Below are positions 37,740 to 47,184 of a stretch of DNA of 64,000 bases, in pieces. This DNA comes from Patescibacteria group bacterium (GTDB taxonomy: Bacteria > Patescibacteriota > UBA1384 > UBA12157 > JAENIV01). Every line of letters begins with the position of its first letter. The first letter of the stretch is position 1. The notes below the pieces were generated by a model. That model ran no database searches. It had not been told where the DNA came from and saw only the letters and a program-made list of their open reading frames with translations. The translations under genes and the position numbers were made by a program. The stretch covers positions 6,855 to 70,854 of the forward strand of contig JBEKTP010000001.1 of NCBI GenBank assembly GCA_049515915.1. Direction: 5' to 3'.

Positions 37740-38857
37740 ATGGTCTTCTCCATATTCCGGGAAAATTTCGAAATATTTAGCAAAATGCCAATGCCAAAAA
37801 GTGAAAACATCAGTGATGACCCGCCAAAACTAATAAATGGTAACGGGATGCCGGTCATCGGCATGACCGAAAGCATGGACCCGATATTGATAAAGGCCTG
37901 AATGACAATCCAGGTTGTAATGCCCACCGCTAAAAATTTAGCGAAATTATCGGGCGCATTTTTAGCGATCCTAAAGCCGCGTAAGGCAAAAAAGACATAA
38001 GCCCCGATGACTAAAATTGTCCGAACAAAACCGAGCTCTTCACCAATAATCGCAAAAATTGAATCCGTGTGCGCCTGAGGTAAATAAAAATATTTTTGTT
38101 TACTTTGGCCAAAGCCCAAGCCCCAAAGGCCGCCCGAGCCAATGCCCAACAAGGCCTGGTTGATGTGATAAGCCGCTCCTTGAGTTTGGCTGCCAGGATT
38201 TAAAAAAACGGTAAACCTTGACATGCGGTAGGGCGCCGCTTTAATTAAGGCCGCCACCAAAACGACGGCCGAAGCTAAAGCTAAACCTAAATGAGAATAC
38301 CTCGCGCCGGCAATATAAAAGACGACCACGGAAGTGATGACAATGACCATCAATGTTCCCATATCCGGCTCGATAATAATTAAAAACCCTAACACCGCAA
38401 CCAAAAAGAGAAATGGGATAAAGCCAGTCATGAAATTTTTAACGCCTTCGCCTTTTTTCTCCAGCCAAAAGGCCAGATAAATAAGGAAGGTTAACTTCAC
38501 AATTTCGGAAGGTTGAATAATATGACTACCCAGGCCAATCCAACGATGAGCGCCGCCGTAGGCTTTGCCGATACCGGGGAAAAAGACGGCAATCAGTAAA
38601 AGAAGGCTCCCCAAAAATAACGGCAGGGCAATTTTTTTCCAAAAACGATAATCGACTAAATAAGCAATAATCATTAAAACTAGCCCCACGACCAGCGAGA
38701 TAATTTGATGATAAGCGTAATAGTAACTGTTGTTGAAATATTCCTGGGAAGTCACCGCCGAAGCCGAAAATATCATCACAATACCAAATAAACATAACAA
38801 AAAAACGGTCAGGGCTAAAACATAATCTGGTTTACCACCCTCGTGCCTTCGCATCAT
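37736..38857 (-). CDS. ftsW: SEDS-family peptidoglycan glycosyltransferase FtsW
   Basis: 373 aa with 10 TM helices, FtsW/RodA conserved segments and position in the dcw cluster. Confidence 0.85.
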   Translation of the reverse strand: MMRRHEGGKPDYVLALTVFLLCLFGIVMIFSASAVTSQEYFNNSYYYAYHQIISLVVGLVLMIIAYLVDYRFWKKIALPLFLGSLLLLIAVFFPGIGKAYGGAHRWIGLGSHIIQPSEIVKLTFLIYLAFWLEKKGEGVKNFMTGFIPFLFLVAVLGFLIIIEPDMGTLMVIVITSVVVFYIAGARYSHLGLALASAVVLVAALIKAAPYRMSRFTVFLNPGSQTQGAAYHINQALLGIGSGGLWGLGFGQSKQKYFYLPQAHTDSIFAIIGEELGFVRTILVIGAYVFFALRGFRIAKNAPDNFAKFLAVGITTWIVIQAFINIGSMLSVMPMTGIPLPFISFGGSSLMFSLFGIGILLNISKFSRNMEKTI

Positions 38858-40221
38858 TTTAAGACAAGCTCCTTAAACAATTGACCTCTTTCTTGATAAT
38901 TTTTATAGCGGTCAAACGAAGCCGAAGCCGGTGAAAGAATGACCACGTCACCCGGCTGGGCTTTTTCTTGAGCCAGCGATATTGCCTCCGACATTGATTT
39001 AATCCCCGAAATTATCTCAATTTTCGGATTGGAAATTTCTTTGATAATTCTATCGGCCGTCAGCCCGATCGGCACAACCATTTTGACCGTACTTTGGGTA
39101 ATTACATCGGCAAGCTCACGGTAGTCAGCGTTCTTTTCTGATCCGCCCAAAAACAAAATAATTGGCTCAGAAAATGACTTGATGGCGGCGATAGCCGTGT
39201 CGGGGGTCGTGGAGAAAGAATCGTTATAATATTTAACGCCCGAAACTTCGCCTACTAATTCCAAACGATGCTCAAGTCCTTTAAAACCCGCCACCGTATT
39301 TTGAATCGATGAGATGTCAGCCCCAGCTAAATACGCCGCCGTCACCGCAGCGCAGATATTTTCCAAATTATGCGACCCGCGTAATTGAACTTTGGCAATA
39401 TCAATGATTTCTTTTTCAAAATCTTCAGTCCTTAAGATGATTTTTCCATCCAAAACAAAGGCGCCCAAATCGACGGATTTTCTTCTTGAAAAATAATAAA
39501 CTTTGGCCGGTGTTTGGGCGGCAAACTCAAAACTAGTCAAATAGTCAGCGCAGATGACGGCAAAATCAGAATCTTGCTGAAAGTCAACAATATTTTTTTT
39601 GGCTTCGATATATTCCTTCGGACCGCTATGATAATCTAAATGGTCAACTTTAATATCTAAAACCACGGCAATGTGCGGCGATTTTTTAAGATCTTGAAGT
39701 TGAAAACTCGAAAGTTCCAAGATGACAAGATCATTGACTTTTAGTTGATCCAGAAATTCAATCGGGGGTTGGCCAATATTACCGCCCACAAAAACATGCT
39801 TGCCGCTTTGCTTGAGGATCTCGCCGATTAAAGTCGTGGTCGTGCCTTTGCCTTTAGTCCCGGTTACCCCAATAATAGGGGATGGACACCTTGCAAAAAA
39901 CAATTTGGTTTGGGAAGAAATTTCGGCCCCGCTGTTTTTTGCCTCCCGAATTTTTGAATGAAGATAGGGGAGTCCGGGCGTGCGAAAAATAATGTCGTAA
40001 TTTTTAAGATTATCCAAATAGTCTTCGCCGAGTTGATAGTCAATCCCGTCTAAATTCTTTAATCGCGCCAAATTTTCTTTGAGCTCCTCTCTACTCTTTT
40101 GATCGCAAACTGTAACTAAAGCCCCCTCTTTTATCAGATAGGAGACCAAGGCGACATTCTCGTCACCCAAGCCCAAAACAGCTACCCTCTTATTTCTAAG
40201 TTTTTCTTTGATACTCTTCAT
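38854..40221 (-). CDS. murD: UDP-N-acetylmuramoylalanine--D-glutamate ligase
   Basis: It has the Mur ligase P-loop GVTGTKGKGTTTTL. The start was chosen at MKSIKEK (40221) to avoid overlapping pgeF, whereas the track ORF begins at 40302. Confidence 0.85.
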   Translation of the reverse strand: MKSIKEKLRNKRVAVLGLGDENVALVSYLIKEGALVTVCDQKSREELKENLARLKNLDGIDYQLGEDYLDNLKNYDIIFRTPGLPYLHSKIREAKNSGAEISSQTKLFFARCPSPIIGVTGTKGKGTTTTLIGEILKQSGKHVFVGGNIGQPPIEFLDQLKVNDLVILELSSFQLQDLKKSPHIAVVLDIKVDHLDYHSGPKEYIEAKKNIVDFQQDSDFAVICADYLTSFEFAAQTPAKVYYFSRRKSVDLGAFVLDGKIILRTEDFEKEIIDIAKVQLRGSHNLENICAAVTAAYLAGADISSIQNTVAGFKGLEHRLELVGEVSGVKYYNDSFSTTPDTAIAAIKSFSEPIILFLGGSEKNADYRELADVITQSTVKMVVPIGLTADRIIKEISNPKIEIISGIKSMSEAISLAQEKAQPGDVVILSPASASFDRYKNYQERGQLFKELVLK

Positions 40222-40225
40222 AATA

Positions 40226-40972
40226 TTATTCAGTTTTAAGGCCGATGATGGCCGCCGAGACCGGTGCTTTTTCTTGTTCAAGCCGATGACTGCCAAAGAC
40301 ACCGTTATGACAGACCGGGCAAATCTGACTGATTTCGATATTTTGATGGGTTATCCCTGCCTCGTTTAAATCACTCCGGATGGCCTTCCTTAAATCAACA
40401 TAACCGTCTTTATTGCGGACTAAAGAGGCCATCGGATAAAGCCCCAGAAATTTTTTTAACACGTCCCGGCCAATCACAAAATGTCTCTGACAAATCCCCG
40501 GGGCAACGCCAATCATGAGACTTGGCGGCTCGGCCCCACTCATTTGTAAACCATGGATTAAATTGGTCACGATGCCCGCCATAATCCCCCGCCAGCCGGC
40601 GTGAGCGATGCCAATAACATGATTGAGCGGATCATAAGCCAAAATCGGGAAACAATCGGCGGCGGTGACCATCAAATTTAAGCCCCGAGCAGTGGTGACC
40701 AAGCCGTCTACTCCTTTAATATCGTCAGGGGCGGTGGCGCCTTTTCCCTTTTCAGCTAAACCGACGGCGATCACTTTAGCGCCATGAACAATTTCGGGCA
40801 TGACCACCTCGGCCAGATTTAAACCCAACTCTTTAAGAAAATGCTGCCGGTTTTGGATGACTTTGCCCTGCTCGCCCCGGTAAAAACTCATATTGCCGTC
40901 AGCGCGATTGGAAATCCCCTGGCTGATTTCCGGAAATTTGGAAAATAAAGAAAACTTAAAACAAGATTCCAT
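40226..40972 (-). CDS. pgeF: peptidoglycan editing factor PgeF / YfiH (DUF152) family
   Basis: 248 aa with the conserved His/Cys segments of the YfiH laccase-domain family (GIAHAGWRG, CPVCH). It is located inside the dcw cluster. Confidence 0.7.
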   Translation of the reverse strand: MESCFKFSLFSKFPEISQGISNRADGNMSFYRGEQGKVIQNRQHFLKELGLNLAEVVMPEIVHGAKVIAVGLAEKGKGATAPDDIKGVDGLVTTARGLNLMVTAADCFPILAYDPLNHVIGIAHAGWRGIMAGIVTNLIHGLQMSGAEPPSLMIGVAPGICQRHFVIGRDVLKKFLGLYPMASLVRNKDGYVDLRKAIRSDLNEAGITHQNIEISQICPVCHNGVFGSHRLEQEKAPVSAAIIGLKTE

Positions 40973-41090
40973 TACGTTTATTGTATCAAAATGACCGCTT
41001 ATATGGAAGAAGAAATCTTGCTGAGAGTAAAATCCAAGCTTTAAACCCAGTCACTAAGCACTGTTGGATAACCAATTGATAATTCCTTGA

Positions 41091-42116
41091 TTAAATGCCC
41101 CGACCAATGAGGGCAATCATTAAGCCGATGGAGGCCATGATGGCCGAGATTACCCAAAAACGCATCGTCACTTTGGTTTCCGGCCAGCCTAGCGCCTCCA
41201 AATGATGGTGAACCGGGGCGGAAAGAAAGACTTTCTTTTTAAAAACTCTTTTGGAAAAAATTTGAATAATGACCGAAAATGCTTCAATAACAAAGACAAA
41301 ACCGATGATCGGCAAAACCGCCACCGTGTTAGTCAAAAAAGCAATCACGCCCAACGTCATCCCCAAAGCCATCGAGCCCGTATCACCCATAAAAAATCGG
41401 GCGGGATAAATATTAAACCACAAAAAGGCTAGCAAGGCGCCCACCACCGTTCCGCAAAAAGCGGCTAAAGCGAATTTACCCAGGACAAAAGCAATGACAG
41501 CATAGGCGGCGTAGGCAATCACTAACGTGCCGCCCGCCAAACCGTCTAACCCGTCAGTCTCGTTGACGGCAAAAGCAAAAAAGGTAATGACCACCATAAA
41601 CAAAGGAATATACCAGAGTCCGAGCGAATAATCGCCGACCCCGGGTAAATGAAACATATCCCAGCCAAGTTTAAAGTAGAACCACCCCGCGCCTACCACC
41701 GCGATGGTCAGATAGATCAACAATTTATAGCGAAAACGCAACCCGCCGTTATTCGGTCCCCGTCCTTTAATATTGGCTAAATCATCAATCGCCCCGATCA
41801 TGCCGGTGGCAACCAACGCAAATAAAGGTAACCAGGTCCCGGCGCGGGAAAGATTAAAAAGTAAGGTAATAACGGCAACCGTCACCCAGATTAATAAACC
41901 GCCCATCGTCGGCGTATTTTCTTTGCCTTTATGGAGACGATAAAAAATCGGCGCGGTTTTCTCATCGTAACCAGTTTTTCTGATCCTTTTCCCCAGACGG
42001 TTGCGATACAAAAAATCAGTAAATAAGGGCGTCCAGATAACCGCGATAATAAAGGCCAGTGATGTCAACCAAAAAATCTTGGCTAAGTCCGGCACGTAAA
42101 GTTGAATCGTTTCCAT
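41091..42116 (-). CDS. mraY: phospho-N-acetylmuramoyl-pentapeptide-transferase
   Basis: 341 aa with 10 TM helices and conserved NETDGLDGLA and DTGS motifs. Confidence 0.9.
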   Translation of the reverse strand: METIQLYVPDLAKIFWLTSLAFIIAVIWTPLFTDFLYRNRLGKRIRKTGYDEKTAPIFYRLHKGKENTPTMGGLLIWVTVAVITLLFNLSRAGTWLPLFALVATGMIGAIDDLANIKGRGPNNGGLRFRYKLLIYLTIAVVGAGWFYFKLGWDMFHLPGVGDYSLGLWYIPLFMVVITFFAFAVNETDGLDGLAGGTLVIAYAAYAVIAFVLGKFALAAFCGTVVGALLAFLWFNIYPARFFMGDTGSMALGMTLGVIAFLTNTVAVLPIIGFVFVIEAFSVIIQIFSKRVFKKKVFLSAPVHHHLEALGWPETKVTMRFWVISAIMASIGLMIALIGRGI

Positions 42117-42119
42117 AAA

Positions 42120-43304
42120 TTAATCCGCTTTTAAGGCTTCCACGATTTTTTCTAAACCCATGCCTCGGGAGGCCTTAATTAAAATTATATCACCTTTTTG
42201 AATCTCACCCAAAAGGTAAGCAATAACCTCTGCTTGTTTTTCAAAATGTTTTTTTGCCCCGTACAATTTCGCCAATGGGCCAATGGCCAGAACTTCGTCC
42301 GCACTCTCGGCGGCGTATTTTCCAATCAATTGATGCGCTTCCTCTTTGATCGTGCCCAGTTCGAGCATGTCGCCCAAAACGGCAATTTTTCTTGAGCCTT
42401 CTGTTTTTCGCAGCACATCGAGAGCCACCTTCATAGAAAGCGGATTAGCATTATAAGCGTCATCAATTAAGACTGACTTATTTTTTCCTTCAAAAACTTG
42501 CAGGCGGTGTTTTTCACTCTGAATTTCAAGGAGTCCCTTTGTCATATCTTTTTGATCAATCTTAAAAATTTCACCGCAAGAGACCGCGGCCAAAGCCGCA
42601 TAAACATTGCCCACTCCGCCCAAAGTGTTCAAAAAAAGTGAAAACTCATCGACTGATGTTTTGATAGTCAAATCCGTTTTTGGCTGAAAATTGATAATTT
42701 TAGTTTGGATATTTTTTGCCATCACGTCAGCCGATTCGTAAATGGCGAAAGTTTTAATATTCTTGAGATTATTTTTTAACTTTTTTAACTCTTTATCGTC
42801 CACATTTAAAACGACCCAACCATCACTTTTAAGGGCTTCGAGAAGAGTCATTTTTTCTTTGATGAGATTTTCCATTGAGCCAAAAATCTCAAGGTGAGCC
42901 GGCCCAATATTGGTTAAAACCACAATATCGGGTTTAATAAAGCTGGTGATAAAACCAATATCCCCCGGTTTGTCCGCCGCTATTTCTAAAACTAAAAATT
43001 TTACTTTCTTCCCCAAATAGGCCATTAAAGGACTTGATATGAGCGGCCAGAGCCACTGATAAAATATGGCGGGCGATTTTTTAAACCCCAAGACGGCCAG
43101 GCCAACCCCGTTTTGAGTATTGAGATTGCCATAAGATTTTCGGACCTTTTTACCAAACCGAATTTTTAAGACGGCAAAAATGGCCTCTTTGGCGGAAGTT
43201 TTACCGGCCGACCCGGTCACGGCCACTATTTGAGGTTGAGCGCGCTGAAGATAAATCCTCGCCCAAAAGCGAAGATAATTTCGTAATAATTTCGATGGTC
43301 TCAT
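42120..43304 (-). CDS. murF: UDP-N-acetylmuramoyl-tripeptide--D-alanyl-D-alanine ligase, N-terminal domain reduced
   Basis: 394 aa. The P-loop VAVTGSAGKTS lies only ~27 aa from the N-terminus, so the usual N-terminal domain is absent. Confidence 0.75.
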   Translation of the reverse strand: MRPSKLLRNYLRFWARIYLQRAQPQIVAVTGSAGKTSAKEAIFAVLKIRFGKKVRKSYGNLNTQNGVGLAVLGFKKSPAIFYQWLWPLISSPLMAYLGKKVKFLVLEIAADKPGDIGFITSFIKPDIVVLTNIGPAHLEIFGSMENLIKEKMTLLEALKSDGWVVLNVDDKELKKLKNNLKNIKTFAIYESADVMAKNIQTKIINFQPKTDLTIKTSVDEFSLFLNTLGGVGNVYAALAAVSCGEIFKIDQKDMTKGLLEIQSEKHRLQVFEGKNKSVLIDDAYNANPLSMKVALDVLRKTEGSRKIAVLGDMLELGTIKEEAHQLIGKYAAESADEVLAIGPLAKLYGAKKHFEKQAEVIAYLLGEIQKGDIILIKASRGMGLEKIVEALKAD

Positions 43305-43350
43305 TGGCTTTGTTTATTCTACCACTAAACCGGTTGTTTGTCGAGGGAAC

Positions 43351-45045
43351 CTACGATGATGGCGCAATGCCAAAATATTGCAAGAGCCACTGCGCCATTT
43401 CGCCAAAGGCGGGTGCGGCCGAATCCTCCGCCCAAGCCACCGTTTTAGGCTGGTCCAACCGGACAAGCATGACAAATTTAGGATCTTCCGCCGGCGCAAA
43501 GCCAACAAAAGAGCCGATTTGCCGATCAGTATAATAACCACCACTGGGATCAGGAATCTGGGCTGTTCCGGTCTTACCAGCAATATTATAACCAGCCACG
43601 CCGGCTTTTTTACCCTGACCGTCTTTGACGACCGAAACCATCATCTGAGTTACCTCCTGAGCAGTTTGAGCGCTTAAAACCGTTTTAACTTCCTCCGGGC
43701 TCTGCTTATCCACTTTGCCATTGGCTTCATGGATTTCGGAAACAATATATGGTTGCATTAAATGGCCGCCATTGGCAATGCTGGCAATGGCGGTGACAAG
43801 TTGTATGGGGGTAACCGAGATACCCTGACCAAAGGCAATCGTCGCCGCCTGAACATCGGACCATTTTTTTACGTCCGCCATAATGCCGGTCGATTCTGTA
43901 TTTAACTCAATCCCGGTCTTTCGGCCGAACCCAAAATTGGTTAAATATTGAGCTTCGGCCGCCTTACCCAGCTGCTGAGCTACCCAGACCATCCCGACAT
44001 TATCCGAGTTTTCCAAAACATTAGTCATCGTTTCCTTGCCGTAAGCGTGATCGGTGGCCGTGTGAATCTCATAACCATTAACCTTAACCATATTGGAAAA
44101 AGTTTGAGTGGTATCCGGCGTTACTTTGCCCTCATTAATGGCCGCCGCCATGATCAAAGGTTTAAAAACCGAGCCAGGCTCCCAAGCATTCGCAATGACC
44201 GGATTATTAAAAACGTTCTGCTCTCCTGAAGGAACCTGGTTGTAATTATTCGGATCGTAAGTGGGGTTGCCGGCCATGGCGTAAATGGCCCCCGTTTTCG
44301 GATCCATAATCACAATCGAGCCAGAATCGGCTTGATATTTCTTAATTGCTTCGGCCAAGACTTGTTCGGCCTGATATTGAATGGCATGATCAATCGTCAA
44401 AACCAAATCAGAGCCATTTTGGGGATTGATTTCCTCGCCGATACTAAAGAGACGCCCGGTAATATCTTTTTCGGCAGAAAGCAGACCGCTATCGCCTTTA
44501 AGTTCATCGTTATAATACCCTTCAAGACCGTATTGGCCGTCGCCATCTTTATTAACAAATCCTAAAACTTGAGAAGCCAGTTGCCCTTCCGGATAGACCC
44601 GCCCCATCTCCGGTAAAACGGTGACCCCGTTAATTTTTAAGGCGGCAATTTTATTGCCCTCTTCTTCAGTCAGACCATGTTTGATCGGCGGAAGATAGTT
44701 TTTATTATTATTGATCAAATTAAAAATATCCGCCTGACTCATTTGTAAAATGGAGGCTAATTCGCCAGCCACTTGATCGGGATTGGTGATTTGGCTGGGG
44801 ACCGCTAAAACTTGATAGCTTTGAACGTTCGTCGCCAAAGGAAACATATCGGAGGCGTAAATTTGGCCGCGTTGGGAAGGTAATGACTCCTTAACCATAT
44901 ATTGATTTTCCGCCGCCGTGGCGTAAACACCATGCTCAAGAACTTGTTTTTGAAAAAGACGAAAGCCCAAAATCAGGCCTAAAATTACCACCAAGCCAGT
45001 CGCGATGCGAATTCTTTTGTTCCAGACATCGTCTTTAATCATCAC
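43351..45045 (-). CDS. ftsI: peptidoglycan D,D-transpeptidase FtsI (class B PBP)
   Basis: 564 aa with an N-terminal TM and the transpeptidase motifs SVFKP, SDN and KTGT. Confidence 0.85.
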   Translation of the reverse strand: MMIKDDVWNKRIRIATGLVVILGLILGFRLFQKQVLEHGVYATAAENQYMVKESLPSQRGQIYASDMFPLATNVQSYQVLAVPSQITNPDQVAGELASILQMSQADIFNLINNNKNYLPPIKHGLTEEEGNKIAALKINGVTVLPEMGRVYPEGQLASQVLGFVNKDGDGQYGLEGYYNDELKGDSGLLSAEKDITGRLFSIGEEINPQNGSDLVLTIDHAIQYQAEQVLAEAIKKYQADSGSIVIMDPKTGAIYAMAGNPTYDPNNYNQVPSGEQNVFNNPVIANAWEPGSVFKPLIMAAAINEGKVTPDTTQTFSNMVKVNGYEIHTATDHAYGKETMTNVLENSDNVGMVWVAQQLGKAAEAQYLTNFGFGRKTGIELNTESTGIMADVKKWSDVQAATIAFGQGISVTPIQLVTAIASIANGGHLMQPYIVSEIHEANGKVDKQSPEEVKTVLSAQTAQEVTQMMVSVVKDGQGKKAGVAGYNIAGKTGTAQIPDPSGGYYTDRQIGSFVGFAPAEDPKFVMLVRLDQPKTVAWAEDSAAPAFGEMAQWLLQYFGIAPSS

Positions 45046-45097
45046 TTTAAAAAATAATTCCCAATTTTTTAAGATTGAAAGTGAATTTTTTCAGAGA

Positions 45098-45403
45098 CTA
45101 ATTGGTCGGCACCAAACCCATATTCGTCGCACTGGTTTTAATTTCGTTGAGAGACTGCAGCCGGGCCGATTCAACCTGGAGTTGTTTTAAATCCATTTGT
45201 TCATTGCCGACTTTGGTCTGTAAATTCATCACCTGATATTTCAAAGAAGTCGCCTGCGTGCTTTGAGCCAAATAAAACAAGGCCGCCGTCGCGATAAGAG
45301 CAATGGTGACAAATTTCAAAGAAACTGGCCCTAATTTTAATTCACTTTTAACCGTTCTTTTTCGAATTCCCGCTTCCCAACTGTTCGATTGAGTGATGAG
45401 CAT
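45098..45403 (-). CDS. ftsL: FtsL-like cell division protein
   Basis: 101 aa with a single TM followed by a coiled-coil. It is positioned between rsmH and ftsI. Confidence 0.55.
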   Translation of the reverse strand: MLITQSNSWEAGIRKRTVKSELKLGPVSLKFVTIALIATAALFYLAQSTQATSLKYQVMNLQTKVGNEQMDLKQLQVESARLQSLNEIKTSATNMGLVPTN

Positions 45404-45430
45404 TTCCCCTCCAAAGACTTAGATGATTAA

Positions 45431-46306
45431 TCATGTTTTAATGGCTGCCCGGAGCTTGGCCGAGCGCGATCTCGGGTTGGCCCGAATTTCTTCCATAGAT
45501 GCCGTTATCGGCTTCCGTGTTAAAAGAGTCAAATTATTTTCCTTAAAAAACCTTTTAACAATTCTGTCCTCAAGCGAATGAAACGAGATCACGACGATTC
45601 TCCCGCCTGGAGACAAAATTTGTAAAGCTTGTTTTAAACCGCTTTCCAGCACTTTTAATTCATCGTTGGTCGCAATCCGAAAAGCTTGAAATGTTTTGGT
45701 CGCCCAATGAATTCGACCGGTCTGAAATCTTAAAGGGATGACCCGAGAGACAATTTCCACCAGTTCCGCCGTCCGGGTAATCGGCTTTTGCGCTCTTACC
45801 TTAACGATTTCGGCCGCAATTTTAGCCGCCCATGGCTCTTCCCCATAATCTTTTAAAATTCTTTTCAGCTCCTGAAATTTGGCTCGATTAATTATTTGAG
45901 CGGCTGTTATTTGGATTTTGGGCGACATTCTCATATCGAGAGGCGCATCACCCCTAAAAGAGAAGCCACGCTCCTCGGAGGTTAACTGATCAGTGGAAGT
46001 GCCTAAATCAAAGAGAATCCCGGCAATTTCTCCCACTTTCCAATCGCGGATGACTAAACCCAATTCGGCAAAATTCACCTGAGCAAACTGAACCCGTCCA
46101 AGATAATTTTTAAGCTGCTTTTTGGCTTCTTCGATAGCCACCGGGTCCTGATCAATCGCGAGGAGCTGACCTTTGGGAAAAGTTTTTTTCAAGATTTCTC
46201 GAGCATGGCCGCCAAAACCGACGGTGGAATCAATAAAATTTTGGTTGGGTTTTGGTTTTAAAGATTCCAATACTTCAGAGACCAGCACCGGAATGTGTTC
46301 AGGCAT
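45431..46306 (-). CDS. rsmH: 16S rRNA (cytosine1402-N4)-methyltransferase
   Basis: 291 aa with the MraW family N-terminus (HIPVLVSEVLE), SAM motif DSTVGFGGH and position after mraZ. Confidence 0.9.
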   Translation of the reverse strand: MPEHIPVLVSEVLESLKPKPNQNFIDSTVGFGGHAREILKKTFPKGQLLAIDQDPVAIEEAKKQLKNYLGRVQFAQVNFAELGLVIRDWKVGEIAGILFDLGTSTDQLTSEERGFSFRGDAPLDMRMSPKIQITAAQIINRAKFQELKRILKDYGEEPWAAKIAAEIVKVRAQKPITRTAELVEIVSRVIPLRFQTGRIHWATKTFQAFRIATNDELKVLESGLKQALQILSPGGRIVVISFHSLEDRIVKRFFKENNLTLLTRKPITASMEEIRANPRSRSAKLRAAIKT

Positions 46307-46339
46307 TTTTTCCTTTGCGGGCGGCTAGTCTTTAAGGGC

Positions 46340-46540
46340 CGGCTTGTCAGGCTTTAAAAGGCGCGGCGGGCAGGGCGCTGGAAAGAGATTAGCAGCCAGT
46401 GCCCCTCCTTAATTTGCTTTAAGCTTTCGCCTAGAGCAAAAATAACCAATTTTGTTTTGCCCCACGCCGGCCCAATATGGGACGGGCAGGGCCTGAAAAA
46501 TATTTCCGTGCAGCCTTTTGTTTTACCTGGCTGCTAATCT
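46340..46540. ncRNA. candidate structured RNA / palindromic element between mraZ and rsmH (unidentified)
   Basis: The GC-rich 300-nt spacer is atypical for an mraZ-rsmH junction. A perfect 14-nt inverted repeat AGATTAGCAGCCAG / CTGGCTGCTAATCT lies at ~46388 and ~46519. The segment GGGCAGGGC is duplicated. An inner hairpin GCAAAA...TTTTGC is present. Confidence 0.25.
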
Positions 46541-46610
46541 TACAAGAAAGTTTATTCGAGATGGAAAATGCGAGCTGTTAGCGCTCTCTCATTTCCCAGG
46601 CCGAATTTTC

Positions 46611-47042
46611 CTACACCCCCAGATCCATCATGTGTTTTGAAATTTCGTCAGTCTGCTTTTCGGTCGTTTCCTTAAATTTCTGCCAAGCCGATTTCTCCCA
46701 GATCTCTAAACGATTATACAAACCGGCGATCACCGCCTCCCGTTTTAAGTTTGCATATTCCTTAAGATATCCCGGTAGAAGCGCCCTTCCTTGAGAGTCA
46801 AATTCAACCTCCATCGCCCCCGCCAGCATTAATCGGGAAAAAGCGCGTGATTTCGGATCGGAAATTGGCAACTGGGCCAACTTCCCGGCCAAATTTTCCC
46901 ATTCTTTTTTTGTAAAAACCCAAAGACATTTATCCAAACCGCGGGTAATGACCGCCCCACCCCCAAGTTCCCTTCTCATTTTGGAAGGAACAGCCATCCG
47001 ACCTTTCGGGTCGATTATATGTGTGTATTCTCCTATGAACAT
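46611..47042 (-). CDS. mraZ: transcriptional regulator MraZ
   Basis: 143 aa with two MraZ repeats carrying DxxxR (DPKGRMAVP, DSQGRALLP). Confidence 0.85.
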   Translation of the reverse strand: MFIGEYTHIIDPKGRMAVPSKMRRELGGGAVITRGLDKCLWVFTKKEWENLAGKLAQLPISDPKSRAFSRLMLAGAMEVEFDSQGRALLPGYLKEYANLKREAVIAGLYNRLEIWEKSAWQKFKETTEKQTDEISKHMMDLGV

Positions 47043-47060
47043 TGATCTATCTTAGAGTTA

Positions 47061-47086
47061 TCCCCAGCTTCCCTTGGTTTTCCCCA
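47061..47086 (-). promoter_or_regulatory. candidate MraZ operator (three TGGGR direct repeats at ~10-nt spacing)
   Basis: The minus strand reads GTGGGGAAAACCAAGGGAAGCTGGGG between the predicted promoter and the mraZ start. Confidence 0.3.
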
Positions 47087-47115
47087 CTTTTATCCACAAT
47101 TTGACACTCTGGATT

Positions 47116-47144
47116 TATCTTATGTCACCGTGATACCTAAGTCA
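47116..47144 (-). promoter_or_regulatory. putative mraZ/dcw promoter
   Basis: On the minus strand, -35 TTGACT (47144..47139) and -10 TAAGAT (47121..47116) are separated by a 17-nt spacer. Confidence 0.4.
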
Positions 47145-47184
47145 ACATTTTGTCAAGACCTTCAAGCTCAAAAACTCCCCAAAA

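Noticed and set aside
43314-43583. Track ORF 89 aa between murF and ftsI that might have supplied the missing MurF N-terminal domain via a frameshift.
   Set aside because: It overlaps the 3' end of ftsI on the same strand in another frame, and its translation is Arg/Leu-rich with no Mur ligase similarity.
46340-46400. SRP RNA suggested by GTCAGG...GGAAAGAG..AGCAGCCAG.
   Set aside because: No convincing apical helix with a GGAA tetraloop and symmetric/asymmetric internal loops could be folded by eye. It is kept only as an unassigned structured element.
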